A stretch of DNA of 35,968 bases, from the NCBI GenBank assembly GCA_013115145.1, contig JAAPAO010000363.1:1-35968 (forward strand), read 5' to 3'. This DNA is from Perkinsus chesapeaki ATCC PRA-425 (taxonomy: Eukaryota; Protista; Perkinsozoa). Both the position numbers and the translations under genes were made by a program. The notes beneath the pieces are model-generated. The model ran no database searches, was not told where the DNA came from, and worked only from the letters and a program-made list of their open reading frames with translations. Numbering within the stretch: position 1 is the first letter of the stretch; each line of letters starts with the position of its first letter. Below, piece by piece: positions 22,497 through 32,721 of this stretch.

Positions 22497-23465
22497 ATGG
22501 CATCTTCCCTTCTGATCCACTTCGCAATGATCATTATGATGACTGCGCAATATGTCGAGGGGGATAGGTCCCCTGTGAATGATCCTCTTTATCGCAAACA
22601 AAAGAAATATTTCGAAGCCGTTGGTGTACCGGGAGCGTGGCGGCGCTTGTCGTCAACAAGGGTTATAAGGAACAAGATTACTGTCGCCAGTATAGATACC
22701 GGGGTGAGATCGAACCATTCTGACCTAGTTGCCAATCTTGCACCTGGCTACAATGTTATTAAACATAACAGTGATACTGAGGATGAGGTTGGACATGGTA
22801 CACGAATGGCTGGTATAGATGGTGCTGCTATCAATAATTCCCTCCTCATGGCTGGTGTCTCGGATATGGTCGGCATTCTGCCTGTTTCATTCCAAGATCA
22901 ATATACCGAGCAAGCCGAGTCGGATGCTATCGATTGGGTGATTCGCCATAAAATGGAAAAGGGCATCAAAGTGATCCTAATGCCGTTTTCAGGCTATGAC
23001 GAGCGATCAATGGTGACTGCTAAGCTGAAAGAAGCCGACCAAGCGGGCTTACTTGTGATTGTCACTGCTGGCAACAAGGGTGATAATATAACCACTCACA
23101 AAAGGTACCCATGCGCACTTACTGAGCAGCTGGAAGGGATGTTATGCGTTTCTGCGACAGAGCAATCAATTATGAAGCTTGCACATATTTCGAGTTACGG
23201 CAAGTACGTGGACATCGCTGCACCAGGGGTGGACATTGTATCTACGTCGAACTTCCTACCTTGGGACATAGATACTGGAACTTCCGCAGCAGCCGCTATC
23301 GTTGCTGGGGTGGCTTTGATGTTGTACAGTATTGCTCCAAAACTTACTCCTGCTGATATTAAGAAGATTATTAAGACCACTGCAAAGATGGGCCTCAAAA
23401 ATGCAACCGGGAAATCCATTCTCCCATTTGGCCGTATTGATGCTGACGGGCTGTGGCAGCACTGA
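22497..23465 (+). CDS. Subtilisin-like serine protease (peptidase S8), intronless, signal peptide, no evident propeptide
   Basis: Catalytic motifs are present: VASIDTG (Asp), GHGTRMAG (His), TAGN (oxyanion Asn) and GTSAAAAIVAG (Ser). The likely start is the ATG at 22497 (MASSLLIHFAMIIMMTAQYVEG). There is a probable 1-nt frameshift at ~23448, with the alternative frame giving DAD-AAVAALIP* ending at 23473. Confidence 0.93.
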   Translation: MASSLLIHFAMIIMMTAQYVEGDRSPVNDPLYRKQKKYFEAVGVPGAWRRLSSTRVIRNKITVASIDTGVRSNHSDLVANLAPGYNVIKHNSDTEDEVGHGTRMAGIDGAAINNSLLMAGVSDMVGILPVSFQDQYTEQAESDAIDWVIRHKMEKGIKVILMPFSGYDERSMVTAKLKEADQAGLLVIVTAGNKGDNITTHKRYPCALTEQLEGMLCVSATEQSIMKLAHISSYGKYVDIAAPGVDIVSTSNFLPWDIDTGTSAAAAIVAGVALMLYSIAPKLTPADIKKIIKTTAKMGLKNATGKSILPFGRIDADGLWQH

Positions 23466-24347
23466 TTCCTTAACTAGCGCAATGGGAAAGGTTGCTGTTC
23501 GACGCTTCTCGTATTGTCAATCTCATAACTTAGCCAGGCTATGACAATACGATTGAATCACCTCATTTAGTGCTGTCTTTATCACTGATGGACTGCTTCA
23601 ACTCGGGCTTATTTATTCAGTCCCTTACGTCATGTGACATTTCATGTGTCTGTGACAGTCTGTCTAATGCCGATTCGGCAATGCCGAAGCGTAAGTTCGA
23701 ATTGCTCGCAAGAGCTCACTCCTTATCTTTCTCATCTCATTGTTAATCTCTTGAAGTAAGCGGGCCGTCACGACTCTTTATATAACTAGTAAGGGTCGTC
23801 ATCCCACATCTACTCGATTAGCCTAGACACCTCAATGATATTGCGTTCAAAAGGCGACTAATAAACGACGGTCAAATTGCCAGAGTATACTGCAGCTTGG
23901 ATTGGAAACTTGATGGAGTTGACGTCCATCAGTTTTTTTTTCGGAAAACGCAATGATCATACAATCATGATACATCAAGTCATATTGAGAGCGAAGAGTA
24001 ACGCAGCGGCAGTAAAAAAATACGTGAATGAAAGGTGAGTAGTGATTGGAGTGGCGTCACACGGACCGCACTCGCAAGATGATTGTGTACTGCACAAAAT
24101 CTAATTATTCCATTTGTGTACAAGATATCACGTAATTGTACTGTAGATCCAGCAGATTGGGGTTAATAACCTCCTTCAACACAGAGTCCTGTGTTGACGC
24201 GCAGTCCCGGGAAAGTGCGGTTCCTCCTTAGCTACAGCTCCATCCTCGGCCCGAGGACCTCGGGATGAAGCTGCGAGAACGACCGGGCCGCTGATTTAGT
24301 CTTCAGCCGTCCAAGACTCGGAAGAACCTAGTAGGCAGAAGCTTACC

Positions 24348-24384
24348 ATGCTGTAGATACAGTCAGTGACTAGATCTACAGCAT
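24348..24384. repeat. Inverted repeat ATGCTGTAGAT...ATCTACAGCAT (11 bp) enclosing a second AGTCA-G-TGACT palindrome
   Basis: Read directly from the sequence. Confidence 0.85.
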
Positions 24385-24407
24385 TTCCCGCTCATGCTTC
24401 CGACTTT

Positions 24408-24670
24408 ATATCCGAATATCCGGAAAATCATCAAAAAAATATCCGACCCTCACTCAATTATCTGACTCGATCATCCGAAGAAGATCCGAAAGCCCGCACC
24501 CAAAAATCCGGATGCGCGCACTCTTATATCCGACCGATCCGTGCATCTCAATTATCCGACCATCATTCAAATATCCGATACACCATTTTCAAATATCCGT
24601 GGGCGCGCGCAATTGGAAGAGAATCTTATGACCGGAATTCAATTATCCGATCCACGCATCAATTATCCGA
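24408..24670 (+). repeat. Array of 13 same-strand ATCCG motifs (consensus ~WWTATCCGA)
   Basis: ATCCG at 24410, 24418, 24441, 24473, 24484, 24506, 24528, 24537, 24554, 24573, 24595, 24645 and 24665. Confidence 0.85.
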
Positions 24671-25762
24671 GCAACATATTATATTGCTCGGAGCACGCTG
24701 CGTGTTTATACAACTTAATCCACTCTTGCAAACACTTTTTTGCCTGGATCGATCAACTTACCCGTTAGTTTGTCAGAGGAGTGCTTCTGTACACCATTGA
24801 CGGGTGATGGGACACATGTGGACACACGGTATAGCATAAAAACATGAAAGGAGCAGCACTAACCTGTATAAAAAGCTCGCAACACGGTTTTAATGAAACC
24901 TTTCGGGATCTTTCGGGAATTTCGCGAAAGTTTCCTGGAAAGTTTCCTTTCGCCGTTTCTCTTGCGCAGTTTCAAACACCGTACCTCTGCGTCTCGGTGC
25001 GAACTCCAGCGGCTGAGGTCTATCGAACATAATTCATGCACAACAAGCTTTTCTCCAGCTCCGACGAGCCTCGCATAGTCCTGGGCTAGGCGTTGGATAT
25101 AAAGAGCGGGAGGGGGACTCTCGCTTTGAGAGGAGGGAGGAAAAAGCCCACCTAAGACGTGGACCTCCATAGATTCGACTAGCGCAAATCGCCGATATGA
25201 TATCGGAGAATCACATGCGTGACATCCTGTGGCACCTGAAATGACAAGCTCCCAGGGAGCTTGTGTCTCCAGCAGGGAGCCTCTCCCTGTGTCTTCAGCA
25301 CTATGTGCCTTAAACTCTCCATGACGAACTCAGTGCAACTCGTGTTGGAAACTAACAGACCGTTGAAAACTTAACTACAAGGGAGGTACAGCTGGCACAA
25401 AGACGAACAGGAAAGACGAACAGTTATCCCACGCTCAAGCGCGGGGCGCTTAGCTCTTGTGATTGCAGCATAGCAGCACTGATCCCTCCGGCCGGCGACT
25501 GAGATCTGGTCTGATATGAAATGACGATGGCTGAGCAGCTGAGCCGGTAATGCCGGCCCGGCACCTCACATGTGAAAAGACATAATGATGTGAGACATTA
25601 TTTTACACATAGATTGTAAGATATCTTCTCTAGCAAATGACATGGGACTACTGAGTACCAGATGAGTCACAGGGAAAGTTCGACGAATGAGCTACAACCA
25701 AAAATACGTCTGAAAAATGCGCATGCGTCGCAAGTGGACGACCTCACACCTCGCTCCAGAGT

Positions 25763-26500
25763 TCACCTAGGAGATATACTGAAATCCTTATGGAATAATT
25801 TATGCTCCGGTTTCTCGTCGAACAATGGATGCAACCACGCATGTAGTTTGACAGTCCCGATAAGTTCCCAAGTGAAGAGGGAATGATCCTTGGTGTTCAT
25901 AGTGAGATCTAATTCTATAGCAAGGCCCTCATTACGTTCATCGCCGGTGGACTTCCGGAAAGAGGCATCGAGCCCAAAGTCATAGTTTGGTCCGATGTGA
26001 ACGTGAACAACTTTGGTAACCGGTAGAGTGAAGGACTCATCAAGGACGCTGGCTTCAGCAGTCGCTTTCACTTGAACTTCAGCATTCCAGTTACCTGTCT
26101 TCTCATCGAACTTGCCGCGACCATCGCCAACTGTTTCAGTGCAGAGCTCGACGGAGCCTTCTAATAGTCCTTCCGCGAATTCCTTATCAAAGACATTAGC
26201 GCAGCCACCACCGGTAATGTTGAGACCCGCGGGTTGCGAACCATTAAGTGCCATCTCGATGTGAAAGTGAGTTGACTTGGTAGTTTCCTTGGCATCGAAC
26301 AGATAGACCGTCATGTTGACCTTCAAACCAGGAGTGTAGCTTAAGGTACCCAAGGCGCAGAACGGTTCGGAATCTGGTTTCTTCTCGGCTGTGCAATCGG
26401 CAGGGAAAGCAAACGGTGTAGCGTCCAGACGCCTCAGATATAGCGCCCCGCCGAGGGCTGTTCCGCAGCCTAAAGATACAAGGATGTTACAAAACTTCAT
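25763..26500 (-). CDS. Family B copy 1: secreted beta-rich protein of unknown function with LRRLD after the signal peptide (intronless)
   Basis: 245-aa ORF with an N-terminal hydrophobic signal, four conserved Cys and two paralogues in the window. Confidence 0.88.
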   Translation of the reverse strand: MKFCNILVSLGCGTALGGALYLRRLDATPFAFPADCTAEKKPDSEPFCALGTLSYTPGLKVNMTVYLFDAKETTKSTHFHIEMALNGSQPAGLNITGGGCANVFDKEFAEGLLEGSVELCTETVGDGRGKFDEKTGNWNAEVQVKATAEASVLDESFTLPVTKVVHVHIGPNYDFGLDASFRKSTGDERNEGLAIELDLTMNTKDHSLFTWELIGTVKLHAWLHPLFDEKPEHKLFHKDFSISPR

Positions 26501-26675
26501 TAGAAAGAAAAGCTGAAATCAAGGGTATGATTGCTAGTGCGAGCGTGCTCTGTGCCGACTAGCATGGCGAGTATCCCACAGCTTCAGCTCTCGTAAAGAC
26601 TCAATACTAAAGAGGTCTTCAATGAGTGGGAACGAAGGAGTCTGACTTGTGCATGCGTGCATTCGGTGACCCTCT
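26500..26675 (-). promoter_or_regulatory. Conserved upstream element of family B (CATT[C/T]GGTGAC core, ~145-160 bp upstream) plus a conserved CAG-CTTT acceptor-like site ~15 nt before the ATG
   Basis: The core is at ~26660-26670, ~30580-30590 and ~33592-33602. Sense-strand CAGCTTT...TAATG precedes all three ATGs. Function is inferred. Confidence 0.45.
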
Positions 26676-29600
26676 AATGGCTTGAACGCTCGCGAGTAGG
26701 CCGCCGGGCGGCTGCCGCTCCCCTGCGAGTACAAATCTTCAGCACTATCTCTGAGCTAGGTATAATTGGACGAGTATTAAGTCGACGAGGAAGGGCTCAC
26801 CTCGCAATCCATACCCGCATGCAACGCTCAAGGGAGTAAAGTCTCGTTTCAGTGCTATGGTGGTAGTAGTACACATTCCTCGTGTCACAGGGACAAATTA
26901 CATAACACGCTAAAACCGGCTTTGGGTTCTGCGGAATGAGACAAGGGGCGGGGTTTGCGTGTCGGTGCGACACTGTCGCATGCACCGGTGGCTGCAACGG
27001 CGTGTGCGCTGCAATATGGAGATGCTGCCGTTTCAGCAAAGAACCGGTATATCTTCTTCTAACTCGCTACACTGTGCGGCTTGTACACGCGTGCATATTC
27101 GACATGCATTCCCATTGCTGAGTATAAGGATGAGAGAATCCCTCTCTGCCCGTCCTCCCAAGTGGTAGCGGCTTGGAGTCCACGCCGTGGACGGGTGAGC
27201 AGTGCTACCTGCTACCCAGCTCAATGCCATTGAGTCAATGGGCGAAGCCTCGCGGTAAACTGCGAGCCAGACTGGTTCAACCAGTAGCGACAAAGGTGCA
27301 TCCCTCGGCAAAAGTGGGCGAGAAGAAATGAGAAGAATGGCAGTCAAGTAACCGTCAGTGTAGTTCTCAATACCACAGCCGCCCTTGGACTCCAACTTGA
27401 AGTCCGAGGGCCCTTGCTGAACAGGGTTCCCGGCCGCGCCTTCTGGGATAATCTACGATCCATGATTATGGTGGTAAATAATCAAGTGAGTCGGACCCAC
27501 TGATTCCTATCCGAAGCTCATAAAGGCCATGCCGTGAAGTTCACGGAGTTCAACTCTAAATTATTGTACAAGTCCCCAAGTAATGAACAAAGCTGACCGT
27601 ATGATTGAGGCGCACCTTAAGATCCCGCAAATGAAAGTGAGTGAATCACATTAGTGCGAATACCTGTCTAGAGCGGGAATCATCGCGCGTTAACCGGGCT
27701 CGAAGTGCACACGGATAGCTATTCTACGGCACAAGTCGGGGAATTCACAAGTTGTGAATCACACTGTGATTATCACAGCTCGTGAATCTTTGATTCATGC
27801 GCCGAATACTAGCTCTGTACGGGAAATGATACAGCCCATAGAATAGTTCCTTAACTGGCAACTTGTCAGGAACAGTGTCAAGTTGTCGGTGATATCGGCA
27901 TAGCAGGCGCAAAAGAATAGTACAGGCCTGCACCGTGCAGGCTGCACTGTAACGTGTTGATTCGAGACTGTTGAACTGTTCACGCTGAATATAAAATGGG
28001 TGTTCCAATTGAATGAGAAAAAATGGCTTCTCTATGAAGTTTGAACTTACGACCTTTCTGAGTTGAATCCATATGATTCCACGTGTGTAAGACAGCGCTG
28101 CTGTTGCAGCGGTGGGAGTAACCTATACGGGCCTCAGTGCTCACTGCGCTGTGCAACGACTGCGAGGATTCCCCTGAAAGCGGAGCGTTTCCCGAAGGTT
28201 TTGGTGGTGGAATAGCTCCGGGTTTACGTTCTGGATTTGGATATTCGCCTCTGGCTTTACCAACAGGCGCCTTTAAGCACTTCCGCTGATGCGTCCGTGC
28301 CAGTGTCCGAGCTCGGGATTCGCACGCTGTCGTCTGCGTCACGCTGGAGTAATGCCTTCTTACTAAACGTGAGGTTGGGCCTGGCAGTTCAGTTAGTGGA
28401 ACTTAGCGGGGAAATGTGCATTTTCAACTACAGTTGTGATTTGTGCCTGCCAAACCTAACGTTGTGTGCGGGTCGTGAACACCTGGTCCTGGCGTTGTGC
28501 GCAATCATTGTGTCTCCACTAGGGATGTTCGAACCCTCTGGCAATAGTCAGCCATTATCTCTGCCGCCCTTGTTGATGATCTACAGAAGAGCAGATGACT
28601 CATTTTTTGGTAAGCTAGAGAAGAGAAGCCGAAGCCCTAATGATTCCTACCCTCTGTGGTTCCTAGACGCGTCTCACCTTCCTACTTTCCTGTTGCTGGT
28701 GGTACACTCATGGGGATGAACTCAAAGCAAGGGAGGATCAACAAAGGCTTCTATCCGTTCTTCAGCTTTGGGGGGAGAATTAGCTACGTAATAATCGATT
28801 AACCGCACAGAGTCGAGTGGCGGCGGTAACATTTCCCATACCGGTGTACAACAGCAATACAGTCCTGGCAGCACGATTCATATGTCATGGACCCCGTAGT
28901 CCATGTAGTTCCGAAATAAACGAAGGGGGCATCTTATTAGAGTTGATATAAATTCATGCTCTTTCGCGATTTTAATAAGCTTCTGATACACTTCGCCTAC
29001 GCCTCTGAGATTGGTTCGACCAACTTGGTTGGTCTAAAGAGAGCAGGGGGGACTCTCGCTTTTGGGGCGAGAAAGGAGAAAAACACACCTTTCAGGTGTC
29101 ACCTGAGATGTGTGCGCAATTCGACCAGCGCATATCGGAAGATCACATCATGTGATTCACATGCATGACGAAAGAACTTCAATCGAATGACGACTTGCCA
29201 TTGGCAAGCTCCTCGTGATCTCGGACAGGGAGTTTGCCTCCCAGGACCAGCACCGTGAGCCTAGAACTCTCCATGACAAAACTCGGCGCAACTCGTGTTT
29301 GAAACGGACAAAGCCCGCGCTAAAGCCCGGGGACACTAATACTTGTGGTTGGGACGTTACCTCACTGATCCCTCCGGCTGACCGCTAAAACTAGGCCCCA
29401 CGTGGAAGGACCGGCTGGAGTGTGCTGAGCAGCTGGCAGCTGGAAGCTGCACCGGCATCTCACACATTTGAAACTTATGGAATTGAAAAGGAATCATAAT
29501 ATTTTACAGATATAACCTAAGATGTCTTCTTTATCCAATGACATGGGACTGGCTATGGACAACCCCACTGACTCAATGTCACTAAGCATCTAAAAAGTGC

Positions 29601-29695
29601 GTCTGAAAGAATAAGTTGATAAGCATCTCAAGCGGACGACGTCACATAGCGCCGCACCGCAAAGTCGGCATTCACCTGAGTCTTCATTTAGGAAT

Positions 29696-30436
29696 TCATC
29701 CTAAGGATATATTGAAATCCTTATGGAATAGTTTAACCTCTGGCTCCTTGTCGAATAATGGATGCCACCACACATGTAGTTTGACAGCCCCGATAAGCTC
29801 CCAAGTGAAGAGGGAATGATCCTTGGTATTCATAGTGAGATCGAATACTATACCAAGACCCTCGTTACGTTCATCGCCGGTGGACTTCTGGAAAGAGGCA
29901 TCGAGCCCAAAGTCATAGTTTGGTCCGATGTGAGCTTGAACAACTTTGGTAACCGGTAGAGTGAAGGACTTACCGAAGACGCTGGCTTCAGCAGTCGCTT
30001 TCACTTGAACTTCAGCATTCCAGTTACCTGTCTTCTCATCGAGCTTGCCGCGACCATCGCCAACTGTCTCAGTGCAGAGCTCGACGGAGCCTTCTAATAG
30101 TCCTTCCGCGAATTCCTTATCAACGACATTAGCGCAGCCACCACCGGTAATGTTGAGACCCGCGGGTTGCGAACCATTAAGTGCCATCTCGATGTGGAAG
30201 TGAGTTGACTTGGTAGTTTCCTTGGCATCGAACAGATAGACCGTCATGTTGACCTTCAAACCAGGAGTGTAGCTTAAGGTACCCAAGGCACAGAATGCTT
30301 CGGAATCTGGTTTCTTCTCGGCTGTGCAATTGGCAGGGAAAGCAAACGGTGTAGGTCCGTCCAGACGTCTCAGAGAGAGAGGCCCGCCGGCGCTTATCCC
30401 GCAGGCTGAAGATACAAGGATGTTGAACAGCTTCAT
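29696..30436 (-). CDS. Family B copy 2: secreted protein with LRRLD
   Basis: The ORF is 29696..30481. Alignment to copy 1 puts the start at the ATG at 30436 (MKLFNILVSS). Confidence 0.88.
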   Translation of the reverse strand: MKLFNILVSSACGISAGGPLSLRRLDGPTPFAFPANCTAEKKPDSEAFCALGTLSYTPGLKVNMTVYLFDAKETTKSTHFHIEMALNGSQPAGLNITGGGCANVVDKEFAEGLLEGSVELCTETVGDGRGKLDEKTGNWNAEVQVKATAEASVFGKSFTLPVTKVVQAHIGPNYDFGLDASFQKSTGDERNEGLGIVFDLTMNTKDHSLFTWELIGAVKLHVWWHPLFDKEPEVKLFHKDFNISLG

Positions 30437-31523
30437 TAAAGAACCTGAAAGCTGACATCGAGTGTATGGATTGTTGTTCAAGCAAGCTGTGGCTGAGTTG
30501 CATTTGCGGATATCCTACGGAATTCTCGCATGGAGGTGTTTAATGAGTGGCAATGAGGATTCTGACTTGCGAAGGCGTTCATTCGGTGACACTCTGAATC
30601 AGGGGGTCACCGAACGCATCAGAGGCTCTGATGGCTTGAACGCGCGCGATTAGGCCGCCTAACGGCTGCGGCTCCCTTGCGATCATAAATCAACACTTGT
30701 AGGTCTAGACTAGATCAATGAAATCGAACAAGTAGGAGCCTCGGCGAGCAAAGGCTTGATTCGTAGTTCATCATACGGACAACGCTCAAGTGAGTAAACT
30801 CTCATTTCAGGGCTGTGGCGGTGGTGCAAATTTCTTTTGTCACAGAGACAGATTATGTCACACTGAAATCAGCTTTGAATCTCAAATCAGACAGGACGAG
30901 AGGTTATGCTTCACACTGCCGAACACTCTACGGTGCGGTATGGATTCTATACTATCGAAGTGCCGCGTTCCAGCGAAAAACTGGTAAACTACCAGTGATA
31001 AGTGCTGATCTCAGTCGATACACTGCGCCCTTCCTCCACGCGTGCATATCCATTTTTGATTATAAGCCTGAGATAATCGCTCTCTGCCCGTCCTCCCAAA
31101 TGGTGGGGGACATGACGGAAGAGTAGTGCTACCTGCTACACTGCTCAGTGGGCAACGCGTGATGGTAAACTGCAAACCAGACTTGTTCAACTCGTAGCGG
31201 GTCGCAACTGGTGACAACGATGCATCGCTCAGGTGGGCGATAGCCTACCGCCGATAGGGAATGAAAGAAATCACGAAGAAGCTAACTGACAAGTAAACGT
31301 GAGTGTAATCCTAACACCTCAGCCTCTCTCGGACATCCGAGACTGCCCGAATGCTGGATTGCTCTGGATTGTTTAATTTTGGAAATGAAACACGAGTGTG
31401 TTTTTGGGGCTGAGGTGAGGAAAAATCTAACAAAAAGCAGCGTGGATGACGTGGCGGCTGTCATTGATGAATGCGAGGCAGAGAAGGAAGGAAAACTTCA
31501 GCCCAGGTGGTCATAGACGTTTT

Positions 31524-31970
31524 AGTTGCCTGTCTTCTCATCGGACTCGCCGCGTCCATCACCAACTGTTTCAGTGCTTTCAGTGCTGCTGCTGTTTCAG
31601 TGCTTTACCAATGCTGCGACGCAGCATTGCTCTTGCGTTAACGCAGCATTTGCGTTAACGTGCTCGTCGATCCTGGCCAGTGGCTTAACAAGTATGTACA
31701 GTATGCGAGAGTGTAAGATCAAGTTTCTTACCGTAGTGTCCTTGTGCGAGAATGCGAAGAATCACCGAGGCGAATATGCCTATTACAGACAAACCAGTGA
31801 AGTTATGCTAAGGAACTTCTGCAATGGGAGAAGAATCGTGGCTGCGCAGTTCATCGGCACTTGTTGGTAATCCAACTCGTCTTCGCCCAGACGTAGATTA
31901 AAATTGAGGAGGAAATCTACCAGTCGGTTTATAATATCCCCATCTGGCAAACGTTTGATGAGCAGCAACC
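31524..31970 (-). pseudogene. Chimeric remnant: family B fragment (31524-31577) joined to a WDR19 fragment (31652-31698, possibly extending to ~31970)
   Basis: 31524-31577 matches 26090-26143 at 49/54 nt (TETVGDGRGESDEKTGN*). 31652-31698 matches 35518-35564 at 44/47 nt (YILVKPLARIDEHVN). 31783-31968 encodes DIINRLVDFLL, which resembles the WDR19 segment just upstream of the window edge (inference). Confidence 0.75.
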
Positions 31971-32721
31971 CCTCGAATCCTCTGGTCTAAGCTCCTAATC
32001 CCGCTACAGTCGTCGGCCTCGCATAGTAATATCGATAGCCAGATCCATATGGTCTGGTAGGCTTCCCAGGGCTACATTGCCCCTTTTACAAACAGCGATA
32101 CTGATCCGGTGCTATCTATAACTTCCCTTGCTTCGATACACCTACACCCTACGTCGGTAATTTAGAGCATTTAATGGCGCACTGTCAGCCTGAACTCTCT
32201 ATGACAAACTCAAAGCAACTCGTGTTTGAAGCCAACAAAAAGCTCTTTACCCAACTGCATACTAAGCGCGCAATTGTCACACTGCAGTGAGGGCTACTGA
32301 CCTCACGGGTAGCAGACCGCTGAGAACTTAACTACAACGGAGGTACAGCTGGCATAAAGCCGGACAATTATCCCACGCTCAAGCGCGGGAAACTTACTAC
32401 TTGTGACTGGAGCGTAACAGCACGACCTCCTTCGACTGGCCGCCGAATTCCGGTCTTACAGAAACTGAGCAAATGTTCAGCATCTGAGCTGGCATCTCAC
32501 ACATTCAAAAGGCAGATTTATGTGGGACATTATTTTACACATAGATTGTAAGATATCTTCTCTAGCAAATGACATGGGGCGAACTATATACAACCTGATT
32601 GAGTACCGGAAGCCTTCGTGGAAGCTCGGCGAAATGATAAACAACCAAAAGTACGTGTGAGAAGCATATCCAAATCTCACACTGAGGACCTCACACCGCT
32701 TCAGACACCAAAGTTCGGCGT

